DNA of 64,000 nucleotides from Eledone cirrhosa (Eukaryota). The stretch is from the NCBI GenBank assembly GCA_964016885.1, contig OZ024740.1, positions 253,518,001 to 253,582,000 of the forward strand, read 5' to 3'. How positions within the stretch are numbered: position 1 is the first letter of the stretch; the number at the start of each line of letters is the position of its first letter. A program made the translations under genes and the position numbers. Positions 1 through 12,125 of the stretch are shown here, in pieces. The notes beneath the pieces were generated by a model. It did not search any database and was not told the DNA's origin. It saw nothing but the letters and a program-made list of their open reading frames with translations.

Positions 1-489
1 CATACATGCATACAATAAGTACCAGACCAGTAATGAGGTTCAATTCATCCTCTATACCAGTTCTCCCTTTCTTACTCACTCACTGGAAGAAATCAATTGA
101 AATCATACCTAGAGAAGCATGGTCTCTATCAGATTTTAAATGCCCAAAATATGCCACATGTTTCAACAGTACCTCTACTACTTCATCGGAAATTAAAGGT
201 TCATAGACGAATGGATGGTTACAATATTTATAAGCAAATGCTTGCAGTCTATGAAAAGATTCAACAAAAACATTTAGCTGCTTTATAGTTGTTCTTATTT
301 TTCACTCTTTTCTTATTTTTATTTCTTTTGCTTCCTGTTTTCCTTGTTTCTTTTCCCTTAGTCTCTTTCTTATTTTGTTTCTTAAATTGAAAAGTTTATT
401 AAATAGTTCTAAATTATTATTATTATATAAAAACTGAACTGGAAAAGTCAACAGTTGACATAATTTTGTATCAGTACTGATGGTAATAT

Positions 490-590
490 ATGTATGTGTG
501 TGTGTGTTTGTATGCATGAGTGTTTGTGTGTGAGTGGCATGTGTGTTTGTATGCATGAGTGTTGGGGTGTGAATGTGTGTGTGCTGTGAG
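490..590. repeat. (TG)n-rich microsatellite
   Basis: tgtgtg/tgtatgcatgag repeats. Confidence 0.8.
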
Positions 591-679
591 TGTCAATAAA
601 TGGTGTTTTTTATTTTTGTTATGACCATGCTGTAAAATGGAGGGGTAGAGAGGGCCCTGTGAGTCCAGTAAGACATCCA

Positions 680-790
680 TCCTCTCTAGTGCTGGTGGCA
701 CAAATAAAAGCACCCAGTCCATGCTGTAAAGTGGCACTGGTGTTAGGAAGGGCATCCAACCAGTGTATCAATGCCAAAACAACTATAAGC
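680..790 (+). mobile_element. Degenerate SINE/RTE 3'-UTR core fragment
   Basis: aaaagcacccagtccatgctgtaaagtgg...ggtgttaggaagggcatccaacc matches the module in the RTE-B/C 3' UTRs and the SINE at 28129-28478. Confidence 0.6.
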
Positions 791-811
791 ACAGCAATAA
801 GTATATAGGAA

Positions 812-3800
812 CAACAACAAAATATGAACATGTCGCATCTCAGAGTTGCAACACTTAATGTTGGCACTCTCAGAGGTAGATCTGCTGAAATAGCGGAGAT
901 GCTGGAGAGAAGGCATGTGGGTGTGTGCTGCGTGCAAGAGGTGAGATGGAGAGGTGCCTCTGCAAGACTAGTCGCAGGCAAACATCTTCACTATAAGCTT
1001 TTCTGGGTAGGTAAGGATGATGGGTTAGGGGGAGTAGGCATTTTCCTGGCTGAGAGATGGATTAATAAGACAAAAGAGGTAGTTCAAGTTAATAATCGAA
1101 TAATTAAGCTTAGATTAGTTGTAGGCAGGAGACTACTGACAATCATCTCTGCCTATGCTCTCCAAGCAGGCCTAGGCAAAGAAGAGAAAGACTGCTTTTA
1201 TGAGCAACTTTTACAAACAACCGCAATGAGAGAGGACGGCGACATTGTTATGCTAGCAGGGGACTTCAATGGTCATGTTGGACAGCTCCAGGATGGTTAC
1301 ACTGGAGTATATGGTAGGCACGGTTACGGCTCAAGAAATGAAGAAGGAGTGAGACTTCTTGAATTTTGTGATGCAAGTACACTATTTGCAACACTAACTT
1401 CCAGAAACCTGCCAACCACCTAATAACCTACAAATCAGGTGAGCACATAAGCCAGATTGACTTCTTACTAGTTAGGCAGCGGGACAGGCAGATGGTGTCA
1501 AATACCAAGGCATACCCTGGGGAAGAATGTACCCCACAGCATAGGTTAGTCGTTAGTGATATCTCAGTAAGCAAGAGATGGAATGAGTAATACAGGAAGG
1601 TGTGGAGAAGAAAGGTCTGGAAGCTAAAGGACCTTTCACTAAAATAGAAATTTAGGAAAGCCTTTCAAAATGTGTATGATGAAAAAGAAGACGATTTAGA
1701 GACATATGACATAGATAATAACTGGAATTTCTTACGTGAACAACTTACTGCAGGCTACTGATGAAACTTGTGGCAGAGCTCCAACCAGACAAGGAGTGAC
1801 CTGGTGGTGGAACAGCACAATAGATAAAGCCATTAGAGACAAAAGACTAGCATGGAAAGCTTGAAAAAGGGTGGGAGTAGAGAAGGATATACAGCCGCTA
1901 AGAGAGAAGCTAGGTGTACTTAGCATGCAGGGGGGCTGAGAGTAGGAGGTTTGCCAATGTTCTGCGACAGGAAGATCAGAGGCATGCAGTGTTCCACATT
2001 GCAAGGCAGTGTGTCAATGCAAATCAGGATCATGTTGGAGATAAATGTGTCCGGAATGATGCCGGTGTACTTAGTGTCACGAATAATCAGAAAAAGGAGG
2101 CTTGGAAATGTTATTATGAGAGACTGACGAATGTGGAGAACGAATGGGGGAGAGAGAAATTACCCTCAGTAGATCCAACAGAGGGACCAGCTATTGAGAT
2201 TGATGAATATAGGGTCCAAGAGGCGATTAAGGAAATGAAAAATGGTAAGATTGCTGGACCGTCGGTGATAGTTGCTGAGATGCTGAAGGCATCAGGGGAC
2301 GTAGGCACTAAACTGGTTGCACGCATCATCAATCAGGCTATATATGGTGGTGTCATACCCAAAGACTGGTGCAGCAGTATTCTCATAAATTGCTACAAAG
2401 GTAAAGGGGATGCTCTGGAGAGGAGCAATTATAGGGGCATAAAACTGATGGATCAGGTTATGAAAGTGGCAGAAAGGATATTAGTACAACTAATTAGAGA
2501 AAGGGTCAAACTAGATGAGATGCAGTTTGGTTTTGTGCCTGGGAAAAGTATAACAGATGCCCTCTTCTTGGTGAGACAATTACAAGAGAGGTTCTTAGAG
2601 AAGAATAAGCCACTATACTTAGCCATTGTTGACCTAGAGAAGGCCTTTGATAGTGTAGACCGATCTGTCATCTGGTGGTCCCTAAGGAAACTAGGTGTTG
2701 AAGAATGGCTTGTGAGGACAGTGCAAACTTTGTACAGTGTAAAGTGAGGGTAGGAATGGAGTTTAGTGAGGAATTCCAGATACAAGTAGGAGTACATCAA
2801 AGTTCGGTCCTCAGCCCACTCTTGTTCATTATAGTCCTCCAAGCCATAACAGAGGAGTTTAAGACTGGCTGTCCATGGGAACTTCTCTATGCTGACAATC
2901 TGGTTCTTATAGCAGAATCAGTAGAGGAGCTAGAGAATAAATTATGGCTATGGAAACAGCAGTTGGAAGCAAGAGGACTGAGAGTGAACTTAGCTAAGAC
3001 AAAAGTGTTGATGAGTAGAAAAGAGGACAAAACTCTGATTCCGTCAAGGAAATGGCCATGTTCGATATGCAGAAAAGGAAATGGCATAAATTCTATAAAA
3101 TGCACACAATGCAGATCCTGGGTACACAAGAGATGTAGTGGGATAGCAGGCAAACTAACAGGTAGGGAGAAATACGTACACAGTAGATGTACAGGGAAAT
3201 TAGACAGTAGAAGTCGCATTGATAGACACATATTTCAAATGCAGGCGGGTGCTATAGAAGTGGTGGATAGCTTCCGGTACCTAGGAGATCAGATTATCAT
3301 GGGAGGGGGTGTTCCAAGGCCATAGTATCTAGAATAAGGACAGGTTGGAAGAAGTTTAGAGAACTGCTTCCTCTGCTGATGAAGAAGGGTTTCTCCCTGC
3401 GTACGAAAGGCCGGTTATATGATGCCTGTGTGAGGAGAGCGATGCTGCATGGTAGTGAGACATGGGCAGCAACTGCAGAGGATATGCAATGGGTGGAGAG
3501 AAATGAGGCAAGCAGGCTCCGTTGGATGTGCAATGTCAATGTGTGTGAACGACCCAGCATGAATGTGTTGAGAGAGAAACTGCATCTGAGAGGGATAGAA
3601 TGTAGTGTGCGAGAGAGGAGACTGAGGTGGTATAGACATGTGATGCGCATGGAGGATGACCAATGGGTGAAGAAGTGCCAGGAAATGCCAGTTGAAGGAA
3701 GATGTGGTAGAGGTAGACCACGAAAAACATGGGTGGAGGTGGTGAGAACAGACCTCAGATCGCTGAAGCTCACGGTGGAGATGATGAAGGACCGTGACAA

Positions 3801-3884
3801 GTGGAGAGATGCTGTGCTGAATAAGACCCGTCCCACCCTTGCAAGCAGGGAAAAGCGGACGTAAAATGATGATGATGATCATGA
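812..3884 (+). mobile_element. RTE-clade LINE, family A, near full-length ORF (APE endonuclease + RT + PHD insert), disrupted by frameshifts/stops
   Basis: Endonuclease motifs ATLNVGTL, VQEVRW, GDFNGHVG; RT motifs NYRGIKL, QFGFVPG, DLEKAFD, GVHQ, YADN; 3' end ...ggacgtaaaa(tga)n. Confidence 0.95.
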
Positions 3885-3995
3885 TTCTCCTAGTTTGCCT
3901 TGGTTTACTAGCTCTCTATATGGACGTTTAAATTGATTAAATAAATATAAACAATGCAGAGTCAAACCAGAGATAGACAAATGCTGTTGTTGTTA

Positions 3996-4559
3996 TCTAT
4001 ATATACATAAAGTTGTAGTTCCTGTCTGTTTGTTTGTTCACAAAGTCCTACTATGGTTTTGGAGATAGACCCCCATAACCATATATATTCTGAAATTACA
4101 TTGCCCAGGGTACTTGGCTAAGTAATCAAAGTGTTCCCCAAGGGCACAAACCCCCGCTGAAATTGTTTCCCTTCCATTTATATGAAATTTAAACCGTAGA
4201 TAAATAACAAGATATGATGCCTATTCACAAAATTTCAGCAAATTTCAATAATATTAAGACACCCTAATGGGGGTTAAACCCCCTATAGTGAAAATTTTGG
4301 AAGCCCATAACTTGAGTATTGGAACCTCTATTATCACGGGGTTTTTCTATTAATCAAATGTAAATCAATGAAAAAAGCACCTCTCTTTTATAGTAAAATT
4401 TGACTAATTTAGACATTTTATTTATGGCAAAACATCACTAGAATTATGACAACAAAAATTATTAGTTAATGCCTCTACTTTTTTAACATTTAAAATCAAT
4501 CATCATTTTCTTACAAAAATAATGTGTGGAACGCAGCAAGTCGCAGGTAATTTGGGTAG
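3996..4559 (+). mobile_element. Possible non-autonomous Helitron-like element
   Basis: Starts A|TCtatatatacataaa followed by ctgtctgtttgtttg; ends with a GC-richer subterminal segment and ...gtag|T. Terminal CTAG is imperfect. Confidence 0.35.
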
Positions 4560-4647
4560 TAATAAATATAACTATTCTTGAGTACCTTTAGAGCAAAATG
4601 GCATAGAGGATCAAGTTGATTATTTTAATGTGCAGTTGACCCCTACT

Positions 4648-4786
4648 TGTGTAGTTCTATATCTAATTCTGTGTAGTTCTATATCTTATTCTGTGTGGTT
4701 CTATATCTAATTCTGTGTAGTTCTATATCTAATTCTGTGTTGATGTATATCTAATTCTGTGTAGTTCTAAATCTAATTTTGTGCAG
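4648..4786. repeat. 22-bp minisatellite, ~6 copies
   Basis: unit tgtgtagttctatatctaattc. Confidence 0.9.
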
Positions 4787-4899
4787 TAAGTCTACATTTT
4801 GTATCAAATACTATATGCATCCTATATGCTAAATAGTGGTTAAAAGACTTAAAACATTCATAAACTATTAAAAATAGTCAGTATTACAAATGCTTCTCA

Positions 4900-5175
4900 G
4901 ACTCAGTTGAAAGGAAAACTGGATATAAGAGGAATGAGATGCAATATAAAAGAGAGAAAGCTATACTGGTATGGATATGTTATATGTATGGAGGGTGTCA
5001 GTTGTATGAAGTGACAAACCCTTGAAGTTGATAGAGCTTACAATAGAAGACTTAGGAAGACATATGATGAAGTAGTGAAAACTGGCCTTAAGAAGATGAA
5101 CCTCACAAAGATGACAAAAGACTGTGATAATTGGTTGTATGCTAAGCTGGAGAAAACCCTCTCCATCAGCACAAG
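4900..5175 (+). mobile_element. Old degenerate RTE 3' fragment
   Basis: Decayed KLDIRG..C..ER.L.WYG.V and EKT similarity to the RTE C-terminus. Confidence 0.6.
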
Positions 5176-5348
5176 AGAGGGCATCCTATATGTCTCAATT
5201 GAGTTCCTTTTCCCTACTCTCAAAGAGAGGATTTCAAACTCAGGTATCCCAGGAACTTTACTAAACATCACTACATCACTCACCACACATATACCCAAAC
5301 TGATTCTACACACTTTCTGAACCCTCTTCTACAGAAAAGAAGACATAC

Positions 5349-5419
5349 CTGATGTGCATTAAGTTAGCATCCATACTCCATGGATCTTTTTTAGTGGCGG
5401 GAACTGGAATTCCTTGTTT
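5349..5419 (-). CDS. ASS1: Internal coding exon of argininosuccinate synthase (host gene)
   Basis: Minus strand: tttatttcAG acceptor | 71 nt encoding [23 protein letters not shown](S) | GTatgt donor. The peptide matches the conserved ASS segment (human [24 protein letters not shown]). No other ASS exons recognised in the window. Confidence 0.92.
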
Positions 5420-5815
5420 CTGAAATAAATATATTATGCTAAACATTGATTTTCTTGCAACAAAATATAAATATATATATAGAATTATAGTATTATTCAA
5501 TTTCTGTTAGCATTATCAATTAATTTGATTATTCAACAAGAATCAAAGACCGCGTACAGTAGTGTTTTACTCAACGGATGAATTATTTCAATTGGTAGAT
5601 CCTGTGGTAGTTCCACTATAGGTTCCAAGTGTAACAATTTACGGATTGTATATAGAAATTTACAAAATTATTGTTAAAAACATCACAATCCAAAAGAGTG
5701 AGATTAACATTTATTGTGCAACACTTACATGTGTTTCATTGTATGTATTACATATCAGTCATGGATCGCTAATATTTGATTATTTTAATCAAATTAAATC
5801 GCATCCAACTACTTA

Positions 5816-5876
5816 AATAATTGTTTCTACTTTTGGCACAAGGCTAGCAATTACCCAGTGCATTACTGGTACTTTG
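5816..5876 (-). mobile_element. 3' fragment of Nin/Deu-domain tRNA-SINE
   Basis: Nearly identical to the 3' end of the SINEs at 37977 and 50626. Confidence 0.8.
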
Positions 5877-6490
5877 ATAAGTAGAAGAGAGGACAATACT
5901 CTGATTCCATCGGAGAAATGGCTATGTTCGATATGTAGGAAAGGAACTGCCATAAATTCCATAAAATGTACGCAATGCAGATCTTGGGTACACAAGAGAT
6001 GTAGTGGAATAGCAGGCAAACTAACAGGTAGGGAAAACTATGTTTGGAGTAAATGTACAGGGAAAGGTGGCAGTAGTAATCGCAGTGATAGACTCATTTT
6101 TCCAATGCAGGTGGGTTCTATAGAAGTGGTTGACAGCTTCCGGTACCTAGGTGATCAGATTAGCATGGGGAGGGGTCCGAGGCCATAGTATCTAGAATAA
6201 GGACGGGCTGAAAGAAGTTTAGGGAGCTGCTTCCTCTGTTGACAAAGAAGGGTTTCTCCCTGCATACAAAAGGACAGTTATATGATGCCTGTGTGATATG
6301 CGCGATGCTGCATGTTAGTGAGACATGGGCAGCAACTGCAGAAGATATGGGACGGCTGGAGAGAAATTAAGCAAGTATGCTCCGTTAGATGTGCAATGCC
6401 ATTGTGCGTGAACAACCAAGCATAGACGAGTTGAGAAAGAAACTGGGTATAAGAGTGATAAGTTGTGGTGTGCAGGAGAGAAGACTGCGG
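5877..6490 (+). mobile_element. RTE family A internal fragment (PHD insert + RT C-terminus)
   Basis: WLCSICRKG...CTQCRSWVHKRC, IEVVDSFRYLGD; truncated by the PLE at 6486. Confidence 0.9.
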
Positions 6491-9260
6491 TCAGCCTATA
6501 TCTTGCTGCTGCTGACATTAAGAAGTATCTGTGTATGTTTTTTCATCCATCCTGCCACCATTTATCGTGGTGGTAGTGGGGGGGGGGGGGGGGGGGGGGG
6601 GTGCCATACATATGACAAAATAGAAGTCAATAAAGTAAAGAAAACAGAAAACAAATGAAAAATAAAAAAATGAAGATTCAAGTAAAATAAAATGTGTGTG
6701 TGTTATAAAGATGTTGGCCAAATTAGAAAGGCTGTGTCAGAATCAATCTCTAGGCTATCATGGTGTCTGCTCAGCCTAGGTGGGTCCCTATAGCGTGAGG
6801 GGAGTTCTCAACCTATGGTGTTGTTACTGTCCATATAGCTTGAGGAAGGTCCTGGCCCAGAGGTGTCTGCATGTCCCGAAGAAGTCGGTTCTGAGGTTTA
6901 TTAGGCGGCTTCCACCTCTTAGTATCTCGAGGGTCTCGTTCAGACATAGTTTGCAGATGTCAGATCCCCCTTTAGCGGGTGGTACTTTCCTGATTAGTAC
7001 ACTTAACCATGAGAAGGAACCCAATATAAGTAGCAGTATCCGGGGTGATGCTAACCACCCCGGGCCCGACGACCCCAACCGCAGGACACGTGGGGAGGGG
7101 GGTAACGGGGGACCACCCCACAGAGGATCTCCCAGCACGTGCAACAACCACCCCACAGATTCGGGCCGTGAAGATAGCAAAACACATAGAGCCCAAAGGG
7201 GAAGCAACAATGCGGGAACCACCAGCAACCCAACAACTCACGACGACCCCAACCCACCCATATAGTAGACGCAGAAAAATCACGTGGTACAACCGAGCCT
7301 ACTCAGAGGCCCTAAAGAACAGCTTGGCCCGATCATTCTTTGGAGCACTTGATAAATGCTTCCCGAGGGACCATAGGTACCACAAGATCTTCAACAGACA
7401 CACTATGAAGCTTTCGTATTCCACCACGAGAAATCTGGCCCAACACATAGCTAGCATCAACAGGAGTAGGTTTAAAAACCACACACAACCAGAAGATGGC
7501 AATATAAGCACCCAGCAGAACCATGTGGAAGGAGAGAAGGGGGGACCCAGTGCCCACCCAAGAAACTCAAACAGACCCGGGGACCCTCCACCGTGCCCAG
7601 GGGAAGACCACCATGTAACACGTAACGGGAACCCCACACTAGGCATGCAGAGGTCGACCACCCTCTGCAACTGCAGAAACCCCGAATCATGCCCCCTTAG
7701 TAATGAATGCCTTAAGAAGAACCTAATATACGTATGTAGGGTTAAAACCCCCAACTCCGAACACCTCTACATAGGAGCCACATCAACGAGCTTTAAAGAC
7801 CGTTGGTATAACCATCGCCATTCCTTCAATAAGGAGGCCAAAAGGAAACATACGGTTCTTTCCGACCTGATCTGGAAGCTTAAGCTGGACAGGACCCCGT
7901 ACTCTCTGGCCTGGTCCATAATTAGGAAAGTACCACCCGATAAAGGGGGATAAGGCATAAGCAAACTATGTCTGAACGAGACCCTCGAGGTGGAAGCCGC
8001 CTGATAAACCTCAGAACCGACTTCTCCGGGACATGCAGACACCTCAGGGCCAGGACCTTCCTCAAGCTATATAGACAGTAACAACACACTGAGATGTGAA
8101 CTCCCCTCAAGCTATAGGGACTTCTCCAGAACATGTAGACACCTCTTGGCCAGACCTCCCTCAAGCTATATGGGCAGTATCAACACCATAGGTTGGGAAC
8201 TCCCCTCAAGCCATAGAGACCCACCCAGGCTGAGCAGACACCAGAGATTGATTCTGACACAGCTTTTCTAATTTGGCCAACATCTTTATAACACACACAC
8301 ATTTTATTTTACTTGAAACTTCATTTTTTTATTTTTCATTTGTTTTCTGTTTTCTTCACTCTATTGCCTCCTATTTCTTCATATGTATGGCACCCCCGCC
8401 CCCCACTACCACCACGATAAATGGTGGCAGGATGGATGAAAAAACACACACAGATACTTCTTAATGTCAACAGCAGCAAGACCTAGGCTGACCGCAGCAC
8501 CAACACCACTACCAAAATAAGGGTAGAAGTCAGATGTACTTAATAGCAAAAACAAACACTACAGGTAGCCTCACCCCAGAAAGAATTTCTATAGACTTTT
8601 GACTGAGGAATGCTCTCATAACTGACCAATGGGAGGAGTGACCTTACAAATCTTTCTAACATTGAGATTGGGTATAACACACACACACATTTTATTTGAT
8701 TATCTTATTTTATTTTGTTCCTTTACCATCTTATTCCTTCTACCACTTTATCATTTTTTTTAGCTGACCCCAACACCAACACCACTACCAACATAAGAGT
8801 AGAGGTCAGATGTTCTTAACAATAACAAGAACCACTACAGATTGCCTCGCCTCAGAACGAATTTCTACAGACTTTTGACTGAGGAATGTTCTCACAACTG
8901 ACCAATGGGAGGTGAAGATGTCCCTTGACGCTGAAATTCGTTTGTTTAAATTCATATGATTCCAGTTCCTCAGGTAAATAACAACCCAACCAGGAACTGG
9001 GCATATCAGAGTATTGACAAAGTTAAATACCTCAACAACATGTGTACTTGTCTCTACCACACTAATTCGGACTGCCTGAAGAGGTCACAGCCAAAGATAG
9101 CTGTCACCGAAATATATATAGCAGAAGCCAAATTTCAAACATTTGACTTATTTATTTTATTTTACATTACTTCGAAGTAACCAAACCAACCTGCGCACTT
9201 CGTCGAGTGCTCCAATCGGCATACTGAGGTTTTGGTATACAACCAACATATACTCAAAAT
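6486..9260 (+). mobile_element. 5'-truncated Penelope-like element (Naiad-type) with inverted upstream arm (6486-~6996) and 3' pseudo-LTR
   Basis: ORF 7045-7953: RKITWYN, IFNRHTMKLSYS, CNCRNPESCPLSNEC (CxCx5Cx5C), GIY-YIG-type IYVC...YIGATSTSFKDRWYNH. 6486-6996 is the reverse complement of ~7920-8498. Hammerhead at 9072. Confidence 0.9.
9072..9124 (+). ncRNA. Minimal type-I hammerhead ribozyme (intact core)
   Basis: ctgc-CTGAAGA-ggtcacagc/gctgtcacc-GAAA-tatata-TA-gcag; palindromic stem III; predicted cleavage after 9120. Confidence 0.85.
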
Positions 9261-9277
9261 TTATATATATATATATA

Positions 9278-10724
9278 TCATCATCATCATCATCATCAAC
9301 GTTTAACGTCCGTGTTCCACTCTTGCATGGGTTTGGACGGGGGTAGTCCCACTTGAGGCAAGAGTGATTGTCTTGCTCGCATAGGACTGTCTGGCAGGTT
9401 TTCTACAGTTGGATGCCCTTCCTAACACCAACCACATTTACAGTGTGGGTCTGGGAGGTTTTTACCGTGTTGCCTACACGGCCACATTACAGCGTGGACT
9501 GTGTGTTTTTTTGTCGTGACACCTACACGATCTCATTTGTTTCGGCCTCGATGGCGCGGCACCAACATAACTTTACATAGAACGGGGTGGTGTGGATGGG
9601 GTAGGGGTGGGGGTGGTGGGACGGGGTGTATTTTGTTAGGGATGCCTACTGGCTGGAGTAGGTTTTACTATATATTTAGGTAAGGCGGGTCTTCTCTGTT
9701 ACTGAGTACCGCCAAAGGTCTCGGTCCAGTGACATTGTCTTGGAGAGGTGTAAGTGTGTGATGTCGGAGTTTATCAGCTTGTCCCAGGTTTTTCTAGGTC
9801 TGCCTATTCCGTGACTACCGTCTATCTTTATTGCCCTGCACTTTGTTATACAGCTATCGACTTTCATGCGCATCACGTGTCCATACCAACGTAGCCTTCT
9901 CTCGAGTAAACAACATCTGATCCCTCTTATCTCTAATTTTTTTCCTTAGTTCGTTTATGCTTTGCCGTTCACGTATATTACTGTTACACATCCAGCGGAG
10001 CATGCAAGCTTCGTTCCTCTCTAGTCTGCGTATATCCTCTGCACACAATGCCCAGGTCTCACAGCCATGCAGCATTGCTGTTCGTATGCAGGCATCGTAC
10101 AACCTGCCTTTCATTTTTAGTGAGAACCCTTTAGCAGCTAATAGTGGTATAAGCTCTCTGAACTTTTTCCAACCAGTTCTGACTCTAGCTACAGTACTTT
10201 CAGAGCACCCTCCCCCACTGCTGATTTTATCGCCCAGGTAACGGAAGCTGTCCACTATTTCTATAGAACCCTCTGCGCAATTGAAAGAGCTAGTAGCTTG
10301 TGGGCACTTGCTGCTACTTATTGCACCAGAGCACCGGCCACATGTAAAATCTATGTTCTTAGTTAGCTTACCTGTGATCCCACTACATCTTTTATGCACC
10401 CATACTTTGCATTTAGGACATAAAATGGAGTTTCTACCTACGCCTTTCCTACACACCGAGCACGACCATTTCCCAGAAGGGACCGCCGCCTTGTTTTCTT
10501 TCCTACAAACTAGTACTTTGGTCTTAGCCAGGTTAATTTTAAGTCCTTTTGACTCTAGGCCGTGCTTCCATGTTTGGAATTTCTTCTCTAGCTCGGCCAT
10601 TGATTCCGCTATGAGTGTCAGGTCGTCTGCGTATAGGAGTTCCCATGGGCAGCCTGTCTTGAACTCCTCTGTTATAGCCTGAAGGGCAATAATAAATAGT
10701 AGTGGGCTGAGAACAGAGCCCTGA
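9278..10724 (-). mobile_element. RTE family B, 5'-truncated
   Basis: QGSVLSPLLF, YADD, PHD insert, WYGHVMR, ~350-nt 3' UTR, (GAT)n tail; both flanks are (TA)n. Confidence 0.95.
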
Positions 10725-10766
10725 TATATATATATATATATATATATATCTACAATCGTTGTTTTG

Positions 10767-10813
<47 letters not shown>

Positions 10814-11347
10814 TATTATATATATATACATATTTATTATATATATATACATATATATATAAACGGAAAAAAATGAAACGAAATTTCATTTCCCACTCTT
10901 AGTACGGCTGTTACTTAAATATAAGTATGTACACGTACATACATATATGTATACAGACGTACAGTAGTATGTATATATATATACATACATGCACACATAT
11001 ATATATGTACGTATGAATTCACTGAACATTTATTATAATGCTCGGTGTGTTTGTAAACAAACATCCCGTATTAAGCCGTAGTGTCTAGCAACTATCGTTG
11101 CTCGTTTGTTCAACACTGACAAAGGAACACTACTGTACGTCTGTATACATATATGTATATACGTGTACATACTTATATTTAAGTAACAGCCGTACTAAGA
11201 GTGGGAAATGAAATTTGTTTCATTTTTTTCCGTTTATCGTTTTCGGTGCACCCGGCCGATTAACCCACTCGATATGCAAATTGGGCTACTCAGCCGTTAA
11301 TATGCATAAGGTAAGTATATACGTTCAACAATCTGGTAGGAAGGTAT

Positions 11348-11390
11348 ACGTTGCTGACGATAGCTAATAAGCTTGAAACTAGTACAGTGT
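11348..11390 (+). ncRNA. Minimal hammerhead ribozyme, copy 1
   Basis: acgttg-CTGACGA-t agct aata agct t-GAAA-ctag-TA-cagtgt; ACTAGT palindrome; predicted cleavage after 11384. Confidence 0.85.
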
Positions 11391-11767
11391 TCCTTTGTCA
11401 GTGTTGAACAAACGAGCAACGATGGTTGCTAGACACTACGGCTTAATACGGGATGTTTGTTTTCAAACACACCGAGCATTATAATAAATGTTCGGTGAAT
11501 CCATACATACATATATATGTATGCATGTATGTATATATATATATACATACTACTGTATATCTGTATACATATATGTATGTACGTGTACATACTTATATTT
11601 AAGTAACAGCCGTACTAAGAGTGGGAAATGAAATTTCGTTTCATTTTTTCCGTTTATCGTTTTCGGTACACCTGGCCGATTAACCCACTCGATATGCAAA
11701 TTGGGCTATTCAGCCGTTAATATGCATAAGGTAAATATATACGTTCAACAATCTGGCAGGAAGGTAT

Positions 11768-11810
11768 ACGTTGCTGATGATAGCTATTAAGCTTGAAACT
11801 AGTACAGCGT
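11768..11810 (+). ncRNA. Minimal hammerhead ribozyme, copy 2
   Basis: acgttg-CTGATGA-t agct atta agct t-GAAA-ctag-TA-cagcgt; predicted cleavage after 11804. Confidence 0.85.
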
Positions 11811-12065
11811 TCCTTTGTCAGTGTTGAACAAACGAGCAACGATGATTGCTAGACACTACGGCTTAATACGGGATATTTGTTTACAAACACACCGAGCAAT
11901 ATAATAAATGTTTGGGTGAATCCATACATACATATATACATGTGTGCATGTATATATATATACATACTACTGTACGTCTGTATACATATATGTATGTACG
12001 TGTACATACTTATACATATATATATATATATATATAGTTATGGAATAAACAACATAAGGCAATTA

Positions 12066-12125
12066 TTCCATTTACCAGTGGTTTCTTAAAAGCAAAAAAA
12101 TTTGCTTTCAATCATCAGAATGAAA
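12066..12125 (-). ncRNA. Minimal hammerhead (UA cleavage site)
   Basis: tttcatt-CTGATGA-ttgaaagcaaa/tttgcttttaa-GAAA-ccactgg-TA-aatggaa. Confidence 0.85.

Larger units (their letters stand above)
10861..12013 (+). mobile_element. Non-coding PLE pseudo-LTR / retrozyme-like element: inverted arm 10861-11130 plus ~2.1 direct 420-bp repeats
   Basis: 11131-11550 and 11551-~11970 are direct repeats. 10861-11130 is the reverse complement of ~11387-11655. One hammerhead per unit; no ORF. Confidence 0.85.

Noticed and set aside
6-288. Short ORFs at the window start as host exons
   Set aside because: No recognisable similarity to ASS1 or other proteins and no supportable splice structure
2114-3882. 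Antisense ORFs over RTE copies
   Set aside because: Shadow frames opposite LINE coding sequence, recurring only because the element is repeated
4648-4786. Short regular repeats resembling a CRISPR array
   Set aside because: Contiguous 22-bp minisatellite with no unique spacers; eukaryotic context; no cas genes
5715-5762. Minus-strand CTGATAT...GAAACACATGTA hammerhead-like motif
   Set aside because: Core deviates and stem I does not pair; at best a very old remnant
8870-8945. CTGAGGA...GAAA as a hammerhead (also ~8603)
   Set aside because: No convincing stem I, stem III or UH site; lies in a ~140-bp tandem duplication of the PLE UTR
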